Shown here piece by piece: positions 40,633 through 53,732 of a stretch of 64,000 nt of DNA. The notes under the pieces were generated by a model, which saw only the letters and a program-made list of their open reading frames with translations, made no database searches and had not been told where the DNA came from. A program made the position numbers and the translations under genes. The number at the start of each line of letters is the position of its first letter. Position 1 is the stretch's first letter. The DNA comes from Paramecium tetraurelia (taxonomy: Eukaryota): NCBI GenBank assembly GCA_000165425.1, contig CT868541.1, forward strand, positions 102,096 through 166,095, written 5' to 3'.

Positions 40633-42774
40633 ATGTCAATTAAAAATTTATAAGAATACGAACAAGAAGACAAGTAATTAGAAAATGAACCAGTGGAAGA
40701 CATTGAATAAAATGGATTAAAAGAATTATTTGAAAACTAAGGTATCTTTATAAACTCCTGCTTAATTAGAATAGTATATGAAACAAATCAATTAACTTAA
40801 TGAATAAGGGGTTTTCAAAATCAAACTTTAAAAATATTAGGAAGCCCTATTATTACTGTAATAATCTGAAAAGATGTTGGAAGTACGATCAGTAGATAAT
40901 ATAATAGTACGCAGCAAATTGTGGCAAATAAATAGATAGAGATCTGATTATTGTCATACTCTACAATTAGGCTAGCATCTATCATTGGTAAGGATTAGAA
41001 TTTATTAAAATAGTTAATGGATTTTATCTAAATGCTCATTTTATTTGACTGGAGTTATATACAATTTGAATGAGAGTGTGAAAGATAAAGATGTAATTTC
41101 AATTAATGTGACGAATTAATAAGAAAATGATTCAACTTTAGTAAAAAAAAAATCATTTCTAGCAAGAGCTTCATTATAACATACTGCTATATTGAGTCAA
41201 TTGGGAAAGTAATACCTAATTAAATAATTAGACATAAATAGGCTTTATAATCAGCAAGAAAAGCAGCAGAAATCATGAGGGAAGTGTTTTAAAAGACATG
41301 GAAATTTTGCAAAGATTGGATTAACAACAATTAATTTTCAGAATCAGTAACTACCAATACTTCTTATTTGAACAATAAATCGAAGCAAAAATAAAATAAA
41401 TTTTAAATGAAAGATGAAGTTGAATTTAGTAGATTAGTAATTAATTCAGGAAAGGATATATTATTAGACATGTTGAATTACTAGGATTTAGATAATATGT
41501 CAAATGATGAATAGATGATTTTGAGAGAAGCTAAAAAGCAATTGTATTTTTGGAAGAATAATCCAAAAAACAACGAAAAACATATCCGAAAAGAATTAAA
41601 TTTAAACACCAAAGAGGATGATTATCGCTCAATCTTAGGAGTTCAAAATGTTGAAGAGTGGATCTAATCATTTAATATTAGTTATATTATGCATATGGCT
41701 CCATTAATTTATAGTGAAATAACATAATAAGGTGAAATGTTATATGAGATATCCAAAAGATTGTTATTGGAAAAAATAATATATTTATCAATCTCATACT
41801 TCACTATTGCAACCGAATTAAGATTTATAGAGTTAGAAAAAGCAAAGCAATAAGGAATCAAAGAAATCAATACTGAAGAATTTAAATTAAGTGAGTTATA
41901 TCATCTAAAAGCTATTGAAATTGCATGTAAACATATTGCTTGTTCCTCTCAATATATTAATCATCTCATTACTACTTATCATAAACATTATAATTCTAAT
42001 TTAGATACTATTCAAGAAGAATCAATTACTTCGATGATATCAGATTTTAATTATAAAGAGTTAAAATTGAAATAGTTTAAATAATTGCAAATTCAAACCT
42101 AACGAGAAAATTAGTTATTGCTATAGAATATAGCTTAATAAAAACTTAAAGATTCTTCTCATAATGAAAGACTAGTTAACTCATTTTAGGGTTAGTTATC
42201 TCCACTTAAAAATAACAGTAATATAAGTGATAATATTAAGACTTAAGCCAATATGATGGATTAGATGATTTACAAAAGAAAATACTAGATACCATTTGGT
42301 ATCACTTCAAAATAAAAATTTAAATTTATGAATGCATCAACTAATAATAGTTGCGAAAGAGTCAATGAAAAAATGTTAAAACTTTAAGATGGTCTTCCTA
42401 TTCAATTATAACCATTTAAATCAGCTAGAACTATCTTAAACCATTTAATTCAATAAGTACCTCTCTCTCAATTCAATAATACTGGATTTTAAAAGTTCTC
42501 CTTACTTGAAAACTCCAGATTTGATCGACAAAACTTTAGATAAAATAACTCCCCTAAAATTGAAGGAAGAACCCCAAACAAGTCTCCAGATAAATCTTTT
42601 CTGAATTATGGGCCCAAAACATCTTTCCTTATCAACAAAACTCCTCCGCGTATTACTAGGTTGGAAAGTGAACTAAGTAATAATTAAACTTTGAATAAAG
42701 AATTTTCAATAAAGCTGGACATTTTGCAATAACAATAGATTGGAAAATCATATTATAAATAAAAAAGAAAATGA
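40633..42774 (+). CDS. TPR-like helical-repeat protein
   Basis: KYQEALLLLQQSEKML, ILYNQASIYH, LQHTAILSQLGKHKQALQSARKA. Long ORF with tiny introns. Confidence 0.7.
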
Positions 42775-42841
42775 AAAAAAACTTATCATTCTGTTTAGTG
42801 TTTTTGCTTATAATTATTTATATTGAATTATATAGTAATCT

Positions 42842-43743
42842 TCATAATAATAAAAACCCCTTGGAACTCTTATTGAATCTATCATCAGTTAATTCTAAAG
42901 TACTTCCCATGTAGGATTGTTAATGGATCAATTATTGCTACTATTAACTATTACTTCTTATAGTGTTTAATAAGTTTATAACTCTGTTTTGGTATTCATT
43001 GATATTTTTGTTTCTATAAGATCTATCGTTAGAGTTTAATGGTAATAATGAAGCATCTGATTTTGTTTATTTCTGGGCAATAATCTACTCTAAAATACCA
43101 GAATATTTCATCATTCTCTCGTTTAAATCTAATTCCTTTTTAACTAATAAGTCCTCCTTTTATGATAATTAATTCTCTTTTTCTTTCAACTTCTTTTCCT
43201 TTTATATTAACTATACTTAAGTATTATGATATAAGATACTTATTATTCTTTTTGCAATAATTTCTATTCCCATTAATTTAAAACTTCAGCGTTTGAGTTA
43301 TTCTCTAATAGTTAAGATTTCTTATTAGTTAAAGATAGCTTCAGCAAATTATCGACTTAATTCATAACTGAAAAAATTAATAATTAATCATCAAAACATA
43401 AATTAAAAAGTCTAAGAAATTACTATCCTTATAAAAAGTGTTTAAAGTATTGAACAAACACTTTCCATTTATTGTTTTGATACCTTTTACTAATCATAAA
43501 AAATTTCTTCTAACTACAATTACACTTGTATTTTCACAATTTATTGTTTTAGAAATCTAGAAACTATTTAACAAATATTGATATATTTATTTAAAAGCTC
43601 TTAAGAAGAAGACATTACAATAGAATGCTTAAGATTATTAAGTAATTTATGCTTCATACCAAGATCTTCTAACCGTCTTTAATGTTTTTTTCATTCGAAT
43701 TTCTAATATCGATAGCCTAATGTAGATATCTATTCGGTATCAT
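42842..43743 (-). CDS. Hypothetical coiled-coil protein
   Basis: Gln/Lys/Glu-rich minus-strand frame with tiny introns. Boundaries approximate. Confidence 0.5.
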
Positions 43744-43835
43744 CTTTATAATGAATCAATAAGATTAAGAAAATTTAACCTGAACTCTCTATTTATTAAG
43801 GATTATAATTAAATAAATTTTTATTTTCTATTTTT

Positions 43836-45119
43836 ATGCAAACAAAAAAAGAGCCATTATTTTTGAAACCTTAACTAAGTGCAGGGACCTTAAATAAGGA
43901 ACCTTTAACAATTAGATTTCTGAGACACTAAGCAAAATCTTAAGATGTATTTATTTCCTTCTAAAATTAACAGCTTTACACCAATTTCTTGTAACATAAA
44001 GAACCAAAAATAGTCAAGCAACCAAAGAAATGGACTTTGAAATAATTATTAAATATTGTTGATAAGTAATCATCAGCAATATCAACAACTCGTTTTTTCA
44101 ACATCAAAAGTTCAAACAAGAGAAGTCAAGAATAAAGTAAAGAGAAGGATAAATCAGAAGTCGTTCCGATAGTAGAAGAGAAATTCGTTGAAGAATAAGT
44201 TGGTGAATCAGCAAGAATACGATTAGTTAAATTTCTATCCTTTCACAAAGTGAATTCGAATGGATAGGTTGATAAAACCAAGTAAGGCTTTAATTTAAAT
44301 TTATCTTAAATAAAACCAGAGAATCAAAGCTAAAGTAATATAAAGAAAACTCTCATCAAAATAAATACTTCAAGATTTAAATAGGATCTCAATAATAGTA
44401 CATCTGATTAAAGAAATCAATTGAAGACAATAAAATAGAAAATTCAGAATGCTATTATCTCTACTGATAGAAAGATTTTAATTTCGTATGCTAATACAGC
44501 TTAATAACTATAATTAACCTCTGGCAGAAAAAGAAATAGCAGAATCGTAAAAAAGTTTTAGAGAATTATTAAAGAAATAATTTAGGTTGTAAAATACATG
44601 TTGAAATACAAATTATGGTTTTGTTATCCGATTACATATAATCGAACATTTTTGTAGAAAGTCGTAGACAAATAGTTCGAATAAATCAAAAATGAGTTGC
44701 ATCAAGATCCTTAATTAGTGCATATTCGAAACTAAGTATTTTAAATAAAGTAAACAAGAGCATGGATAAACCCCCTTGCATTTAGCGTGCATCTAAAGTA
44801 ATTTTGCTATGACCAAATTATTTATTTAAAACAGAAGTTATCTAAATAGTTTGGATTGCAATGAATTAACTCCCTTATCATATGCAATTTTGTCAAATTC
44901 TACCATATGTCTTAAGGTATTAATTAACATAAATTAAAGCTACTACTTGATTCGCTTGCATCTCCTTGGTCACCTCCTGGATAAATGATTGATTTAAGTA
45001 AGGTTACTACCTTGATGAAAGAAATGATACTTAAATCAAGGATGTATGATGTATTACGTATTTGGAAGAGAGAAGTAAAGATTAAGCAATTGGTTAAATA
45101 ATTTAGTAAAAATAAATGA
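43836..45119 (+). CDS. Ankyrin-repeat protein
   Basis: GQTPLHLAC..MTKLFIQN and LDCNELTPLSYAI..CLKLLLDSLA near the C-terminus. Confidence 0.82.
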
Positions 45120-45291
45120 TTTCTTTGTGTTTTTTCTTTATAAATTAATTTTATAATAACCAATAATTCATTAAATATTATTAATCGGATTGACTAACTT
45201 TTAATACTCCATTGTAATTTTAATTTTGAAACTTACAATAATTAAAGCAATATAATAGCAGATTTTAATATAAATTTATATATAAGTAAAA

Positions 45292-45720
45292 ATGTAAGAC
45301 GCTTAATTTTTAAATTACCAAGTTGAAGCAGAGCCAAATATTTAACCAATTAGATCAATAAAAATTCAATAGAAGAAAGGTTTAATGATGATTTTTTCAT
45401 CCGATTCAGAAAATTTAGAAAATGATTTGAGAGTTGATAACTCCTAATATTATAGAAAATAATGTTAGGAGAGTTATTCTCTGTTCACCACTAAGAATTC
45501 ACTATCAGGGAAATTGAAAACTTTGACTCAGCCAAGCAATTCTATAACTTCCAAGGCAAAACTAGCATCAATTAGAAAAATTAAATCGTTCAGACTTGAT
45601 GAAGACGCATAGAGTCAGGATGAAGAAGAAAGTCTGCCTAAGGATTTTATGAAAGTTAATTTTCAGTTTAAACAAGACCTGATAATTAATGTTTAAAAAA
45701 TCCTTTAATAAAAGAAATGA
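45292..45720 (+). CDS. Small hypothetical protein (142 aa)
   Basis: 143-codon ATG..TGA ORF. Confidence 0.6.
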
Positions 45721-45823
45721 TTACACTAAGAATATTATCACTAAATTACTCTTATTTAAATTTATTAAGAAAATATACTATTTAATTATTTTATATTTTA
45801 TCGATTTATAATTTATATAAACT

Positions 45824-47043
45824 TCATTATTTGAGTTGATCTGTGTAGTCTAGAGATTCAGCTTAGACGAGCAATTAATCTGGTAATTGACATGGCTATT
45901 TAGCACTCTAACTATAGACTGATAAAGATTTTTATAAAGTTGGATTGACAACATTTTAAATAAATCCTAAGGTAAATTTATCATATTCGTTAATGTTTTT
46001 GATTGAAGAGATTTCTTAAGCAATTTATACAATTTGATTAGCGATTTTATGACACTCAGCAGTTAAAATGGTATAGCTTTTGTTTTTAGTTCTATCAAAT
46101 AGGATATCACTCTCATTTTTTAATAAGATACTCCAAATACCATAAACTTTAAAATATTTCTATCCACTCAAACAATATTCAAGTATTTCTGGATGTATTT
46201 CATCTTTAATTTGAGATAATCTATTGTGAGCATCAATTAGTTTAGTATAGCTTGACTTACAAACTCTGACCATGCTTTCATATTATTTTTGAAGTCTGAA
46301 GGTTTCTAAATAAAAGAAATTCATGTTGCATTCTATTAACAATTTAAAAGAAAAAATGGTTGTCATTTTTAGTTCAGGAATCAGTTACTGTTGCTTTGTG
46401 ACAAGGAAATGCAATAAATCATCCATGACGTTGCATAATCTTTAAAAAGGCATCCATCCAGTTGATACAACTTTTAGACCTTCTTATATATCATTTAAAT
46501 CGATATTATTTGGAGTAGATAACATTGAATACCTTAGTCTTAAGACATGTGGGGTTGCAGAGTTATTGAATCCCAATAAATACATATATCTGACCATCAC
46601 AATTTCACATCCGCATGCTTCTTCAGCAGCTATAATATTAATATATTCTATTTATACTATTTATTGATTCGGTTTTGTATTGCTATTATTTCTTATTTAT
46701 TGTAAGCTTGTAACTGAATTTTGGGTGTTCCTTAATTTTGATTAAGTACAATCTCATCTACAAAATATTGTATTATCATACCATATCAACATTAGTCTTG
46801 AGATAATTATCAAGAGCATCTTTCTTTGTCAATAATGATACTCGATTTTCAACTAAAGTCTTTATGTTTTAATGAGTTAATATGTATTTAACTTCACTCC
46901 TTGATCTAACAAATAGATTAGGATTATTACTTTTCCAAATCTTATAAGAACTACTGATCTTCTTATGCAAGACCTTCTTTGTTTTTTAATTTGATGAATT
47001 GAACATTATCAATAATCTCTGGTGTTTCATGGACAAAAAACAT
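45824..47043 (-). CDS. Hypothetical protein
   Basis: Minus-strand coding frame MFFVHETPEIIDN... with several tiny introns. Confidence 0.65.
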
Positions 47044-47128
47044 TGTGCAAATTTATTTTAAATTAAATATAATTTCCAAAATTTTACAAAAGTGCATATA
47101 CATTATTAAATTCATAATATAGAGTGAT

Positions 47129-48766
47129 TCATTTTTATTTAAGGCTTTTCTTAAAATTCTAGATCATTTACTTTTTTTGTAATTATTGGAAGAAAGCTTT
47201 AAATATCTAAAGCTGTCTATGTTCATCAGCAATTTGTATGTTCTTTCTTTCAGCATGCTTTTCTAAAGCATTGTACGCTTTCATCAAAAGTTTACGTTAA
47301 TAGAAGATTTAAGCTAATTGATCTAAATCATCATCAATCTTAGATATTTATTTTATAATTGTTTCTGATTTTCTATTAGGAATGGCAAAATTATTGGGTA
47401 AAGTTGGTTTAAAATGCTGGACTGATGGACGATTTACAATGATTGGCACTCTCTCTTATTTGACTGATTTAGTGAATAATTCAGTCTAATATTGATGAAC
47501 ATCATCTTATTCATTGAGAATTTGCTTTTAAAGTTAAAGATTTCTTTAAAAGGCTTTATATTATGAATCTTCGGTTATTGGTTTCTATTGAGTCTAGTTA
47601 AAATAATTATTTAGTATACAAGGTAATCAGCTATTGGAACATTTAAAAAGTTAAGAGATTTCTCTCTTAAAACACTTCTATGATTTATAAGATTGGCAGA
47701 CAACATTAAATTAACAGATAATATAATAAATTTTATCTGTTATAAAATTTTATTTGATAAATATGTATTAGACTATCAAAATGGCTATTAATTAGCTTCG
47801 TCATCTGGCTAATCCTGTTTTGAATTTGGTTGAGGGGGTATTTATGATTGTTATAATTGTGATTATTATTATGATTATTATTAAACTTGGGAATTTTGAA
47901 CTTGCTTTCCAAAGACTCTGCGACCAGTGTTCTTCTTTTGAAATATTGTGGAAGGTTACTAATCCACTGGCTATTGTGGCTATCTAATTTCACTCTAATT
48001 TTAATTCTGAAAAGGCTTATCCTATTATTTTTCTTAGTTTTCTTCGTCATCCTATTTTGGTTATTATACTTAATCAACCATTCCTTCTCTATAAATTAAA
48101 GCTGATTTCATGAGTGGTCTAGATGAGAAAGGAGGTCTCCAATTTTAAGGCATAATTGTTTAGTAATTAAATAGTAATCCGAAAAGTATTATAAACACAA
48201 ACCCATAAATAAAATGATAAATGCTTATTAGTATCAGATTTCTCTTATTCTCATCTAATAAATTATTTGATGAACTATCATAATATTATTACTTTCTCCA
48301 TTAAGTCATTTTATTCCAGCCTTCTTGGATATCACTTGTAGTAAGACTGTATGATTAAATTATTGAAACAACTCCTATTATAATAGCAGCTAAGGAATAA
48401 AGCAATAGAGGCCATCTAACAAAAACAACTATTGAATGTTTCACATTTTCCAATGCGTAATATATTGTGTAGAGAAACAATAAAGTAAAAAAGTAATATG
48501 CAATAATACTTTGCTAAAAAGGCACAGGAGCTTCTATTCCATTCATTGAACATACTTAAACTCCTGGTATCATACTTATTAATTTAAATTCAAATTTACC
48601 ATAATGCTTATAAATATATTGTGCAGAACAAGAAACAAAAACACAATAACCATAAAATACAGTTTTTTTGCCTTATTAGATTTTAATCTAAAACATTCCC
48701 ACCACCTTAAGCATTTTGATCATTTAATGGCTCCATACTTCCGTGTCTTTAAAATTATTATTACAT
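47129..48766 (-). CDS. Four-TM membrane protein with long Gln-rich C-terminal tail
   Basis: Continuous frame with four hydrophobic helices running into MPQNWRPPF and a Q-rich tail. Confidence 0.72.
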
Positions 48767-48959
48767 AAATATTTATCTTTTATTTCAATTATAATTATAT
48801 ACAGACAATTCTCATACTGTAAATAAACCACTATATGATAGTTTGTAATTTTTTCCATCTCCATTTTATTCAATGATTGAAAATAGATTCATAATCAATT
48901 ACTCAAATAATTTATTAACTTAATCCGCATTAAATACTGATTAATCTTATTATTATAAA

Positions 48960-50734
48960 ATGAAAAATAAAGATTAATTGAATTCGTGCTTCCGATTAGT
49001 CTAATATTGCCTTCCTAATTTAAGACTACGAAATTAATTCATTTTAATAGTGGCAGTATTTGTTTTGCTCATTGTTACAATAATCGCTTTATGGAATTTA
49101 GCACATTAGTCTATTTTAAATAACCTATTTTTAGGCGAGTCTGATCTATTATATGATACTTAATCAAAAATAAGACTATCATTTATGCTGAATAAGTATA
49201 AATCCTATTTCTATTAAATATTTGCTTTAAGTAATGATTTATTTGAATTCTAGACGGAAATGCTCTCATTTCATTTCATAGATTGTATTTAAGAACCAAA
49301 AAGGAAGTCATGAAGGGCTCGCTTGAAATTAATAAAAACTATTAAATGGAATATGAAGGAATGATTTAAATACCTGATCCTTTGAGAATACTAAATGAAT
49401 ATGGTTCAAACATCTCAAATTCTTTTATGTGTTACTCTAACACTTCGGCCTACAGTCTTCCATTGACTGAAGAGGAAAGAATAGGAATTAAATTATAAGA
49501 ATAAATCTAAGCCTATGGATAAATATTATATTAAGGTTCATTAATAATGCAATCCAATATTTACTCTTATATTGACCTATAAAAAATAAATAACTTATAT
49601 CCATGTGTCAATAGAGGCTAAGGTATTTTTACTTATGCCCCTGAAAAGAGAGATTGGTATAAAACGCTAAAATCCACATATTTCAATGCCACAAAATATA
49701 ATTCCTATTCCTTTAAATTTACAGCTCCATATTTATGTGATTATTCATTTATTATTAGAAAGTGTTTACATACTAAACAATAGGGTTGTCTATGACACTA
49801 CCTATAGTGGATGAAAATGTCAAATTTGTAGGAGGAGTTTCATCAACATTTTTAGGTTCAAAATTAGTGTAATATCTATCAAACAACGAAACAGGATTTC
49901 AATTAACTTATTTGGTTTCAGAGGATGGTACATTAATTATGCATCCTTTTACAGTTAAAGCTGATTAGTTGCCACTTTATATTTATAATGAAACTTTTAC
50001 TGGATTCAATTTGACTGATTGGTATGAAATAAAGAAGACTGATGGAATATCTTCATGTTAATAATTTAATCTTCGAACTACTTTAAAATGTCGATATAAT
50101 TCGGTTACTCAATAGGAAATGATAGTCACTATTGAAAATCTAATCGAGTATAAAATGTATTTAATTATGTAATAAAATATTGAAGACAATAAATAGGTTG
50201 TTGAGTAGTAGTGAATACGTGTCATTTACAAACACGTTTCATAAAACATTAGAGAAAAAGTTAATTGATGAAACAATTGTCTAAATCATATCTTTGGTAA
50301 TTTTGTTTTTAGTTTTGTGTTTATTAATGATAGTGGCTACATAAATTTTGTTTTCGCCTATTGAAATAATTGTCAAGACAACATAATTATGGCTCCATAA
50401 AAAGTAATAACATGTTTAACTAACATTACCCAAAATATCTTAAGTTTTTATAAGTAATGAAATACAAATGCTTGAAAAGGCATGTTAATTCATGTATAGA
50501 ACATTAGAGATGAATTCATTTCATAAAACAGAGTAATGTGAAGCAATAGAGAATATATAATATCCAATTCATTTTATAGAAATCACACCCTATCTAGAAT
50601 ACTATAGATGGTTAGATTATTTTAATGGATACAATTAAAATACAATAAAAAATAATGTTAAAGATAAAGCAAAAATATAATATATATTCACTTACATCTT
50701 AAAACTTCAAAGAAATATGAAACCCTAAATTTGA
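48960..50734 (+). CDS. Two-TM Cache-domain sensor-like protein
   Basis: TM1, then YAPEKRDWYK..FTAPYL..GLSMTLPIVD..FVGGV..TYLVSEDGTLIMHP, then TM2 and a HAMP-like FSPIEII..SNEIQMLEKA. Confidence 0.8.
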
Positions 50735-50868
50735 AAACTACATATGAGTTTTTTGTTTTTAATAAATAGAATTATAATCTAATAAATTCTGAGTCTCGTC
50801 CAATAATTTTATTTAAAACATTCATATATAAGTTGATATTAAATTAATCTACTTGCATTATTTTATTT

Positions 50869-51897
50869 ATGCAAAATTCTGATACAGACGAGGTATAAAA
50901 TAACATTCTACATTTAGGAATGTCTGTGTTTGTTTGATCCCAATACCTATCAAGAAGGTTAAGGACCAAGGTTTGGAAATTGTTACTAGCCACCGACGTA
51001 CGACGAATTAACAGCAGCATCCACTGAAAATGGATTAAAGCTATTACCAAACAATAGAGAAAAGTTTTTTGAATTTATTCTGAAAGAACAGGTATATAAA
51101 TAATGAATTTTTAGTAAGTAAGATTGAATCCAAAAGTCTAATAATTATATAAAGATATGAATCATTCAAGTGCTGTAGAGCATGCTATACATTCCGAATT
51201 ATTTAAGTCATTTGGATATGATGATTGCCCTCTTAATCATAAATTATATTTTGCCTTAACAAGGAAATATTCAAATGATCCTGAACTTAAGCCTTAAGTA
51301 TTTTTTTGGAGGAATAATGTTATGCATGGAAGCAGAGTGAAGTTACACTAAACACCTCCTCCTATACCATTATTGACACTTGAAAATAAAGAACTTCAAT
51401 TAGAATAATTATTGTAATCTGCCCATGAAGAACAAAAGTTGTGTGTTATTTTTGCTGGCAGTTACACATGACCTCCTTATAGAGATTCTATGCCAGATTA
51501 CATTGAATTTGCCTAAAAATAGAAAGATACATGCAAATGCCAATTTATATATATAAAAGAGGCTCACTTTCTTGAAACAGATGATAAAGGCAAATTCGTT
51601 GATGGATGGCCAAGAGGATATTTCGGCTTTGAATATCCTTAACATAAAAGCCAGGAATAACGATTTTAAATGGCATAAACACTCAAAACTAAGTATAACA
51701 TTCCAGATGAATTTCCTATATATCAAGATGTCTACCCTTAAAATCTATTTGATGAATCATTTGGTATATGGCCAGATAACTTATGTGTTTTTAAAGATAG
51801 TAAATTAATTTATCGAGGTATAATAAATTTGGATGGAACAAGAAATGCAAGTTATTCTAAGGAATTAGAAGAATTGCTTGATCACTTTAAATATTGA
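50869..51897 (+). CDS. Iodothyronine-deiodinase-like selenoprotein (326 aa, Sec at residue 185)
   Basis: Exons 50869-50892, 50918-51091, 51115-51897. In-frame TGA 51469-51471 in FAGSYT-U-PPY. The same frame continues with FIYIKEAH..DGW, PQHKSQEQR and FGIWPDNLCVFKDSKLIYRG. SECIS downstream. Confidence 0.9.
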
Positions 51898-51910
51898 TAT
51901 TTTTCTTATT

Positions 51911-51997
51911 AAAGAAAATGCATTTAAAAATGATTTTCTACATTGTAAAAAGTTCAACAGATGTAGAAATGAAGTTGAAATTAAATATATTTTCTTT
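51911..51997 (+). promoter_or_regulatory. SECIS element (selenocysteine insertion hairpin) in the 3' UTR
   Basis: A-UGAU core (51930-51934) opposite UGAA (51970-51973). Helix II is TTTCTACAT/ATGTAGAAA plus TGT/ACA, with an apical loop starting AAAAA. Helix I is AAAGAAAATGCATTT/AAATATATTTTCTTT. Confidence 0.88.
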
Positions 51998-52459
51998 ATT
52001 TACAATTTTACATTATAATTAATTAAATTTTTTTCAATCCCGTCAATAACCCTGTATTTTAGCAATGTTCCAGATAAATTAGTGTGGTTACTAATTTTCT
52101 ATACGCAATTCTGTAGTAATTGTAATAAAAATAAAATTAAACTAATATTAATCAGAATCACAATTCTAATTAAAGTTCCCAAAATTAGATTTTAGCTTCA
52201 ATGCCAATTATTTTATTGCAGTCTTTTTACTTTTTAATCTAATTTAATATTGTAATTTATAATTTTAATGATGAATTAAAAATTAAAACAATTAATAGAT
52301 GTCAAGTTAAAGGCTAATTACTAATTAATAATACTAGGAATCAATATCACAGATGATTTAATAGTTTGTATAACTTGATAATTAAAATATCATATATTAA
52401 TTTAAGACAAGAATATAAATTGTAATATAATAATGTTTTGATTTGTTTATATATTTGAA

Positions 52460-53626
52460 TCATATTTCTAGTTTTTGAATGTAACTCTTAATTCCATCGT
52501 TGAATCTGCTTGTGAAAATTTCAATGCATTCGTTGATGATTCCAAGCTCAGTGTTTCTAATGATAAAATAGAATTATTTACTTTTATTATCTCATATTTT
52601 AGTGACCTTTCAATTCATCATCACAAGTCTTTTACCAGTCAGCTTTTTCTTAGCTTTTAACATCTAATAATTATCCTTTAGATTCAATGTCATTTTTTAA
52701 TTCTAGCAAGTTTTATCTCAATTTTTCAGCATCTGCATTCAAATCAGCCAAACTTGTTTCAAGAGTCTTACTCTCTAATTCATATCTTGCTTTTTATAAG
52801 AGATAAAGTTCTTCTTTGGCTTTTTCTCCTTGATGTCCAACCTTTTATAAATGTTCCAAAGACTTTAAAAATTGAATAGAATGATTACTTCAATTAATTC
52901 ATCAATAATTTAAACAACTTTAGAAACATTTTCATCTCCTGATGCTGCTACTAACATCTTGACGAGTCCATTATAAGGTGTTTGTTTATTATGTAAGGAT
53001 TCCAAATGTTTATGTAATTTAGCCTTAACATCAGCAACTTAGATAAAAGAACTATTGAGTTATGAAACAATTGATTTGGCTTTCTTCAATCCTTAAATAA
53101 ATTCAACAGATTCTGTTTATTTAGCTTCAAATGCTTTCTATAGTAATTTATTGTAAAATAGATACTTTATCTTCTTCTCTTGTCTTATCCAAAGTAGATA
53201 ATCTGTCTTTGATTTTTTAATCTTATCCTACTTTATCTTTAAGTTATTAATTCTTGGCAATCAATTCTTCTTGTCTAAGTGGGAATGATTGTTCATCTGA
53301 TGCCTTTTTTGCTGAAGCAGAATCAATAACACCTTAAATTTCATCAAAACGAAGATTGCAGAGTTCTTGTTAATGTCTCAAATTCTATGTATTTTCTTCT
53401 AAGTCACCTTATGCATTAGTTTACATGGATTTCAATTGATGTACGATTCCATCGATATTTGAGCTATGGAATTATTATTATATGGTATATACTCTTCACT
53501 TGAAAGGGAGATTTGCATTGTTGCTATGATTGTTTTTCCAAATTCATATTGGGATAATTCAGAAAGTAATTCATAGTCATTTGCTGTGACTATCAAAGCA
53601 AGGCATACTAAGACTATAAACTTCAT
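52460..53626 (-). CDS. Trichocyst matrix protein (TMP/Grl family), divergent
   Basis: Signal peptide MKFIVLVCLALIVTA, pro-region EFGKTIIATMQISL, SFIQ motif and two coiled-coil halves. Confidence 0.8.
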
Positions 53627-53732
53627 ATTTTTAATATTATTAAAAACGATAATTTGTGATAGGATTAAAAAAAGAAAAAAATTGAAAAATATTTGTGCTT
53701 GATTAAGAAGAAACCTAAATAATTCATTCCTT

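Noticed and set aside
47129..48153. Separate gene starting at MPQNWRPPF
   Set aside because: The frame is continuous with the upstream four-TM region, so it is one gene.
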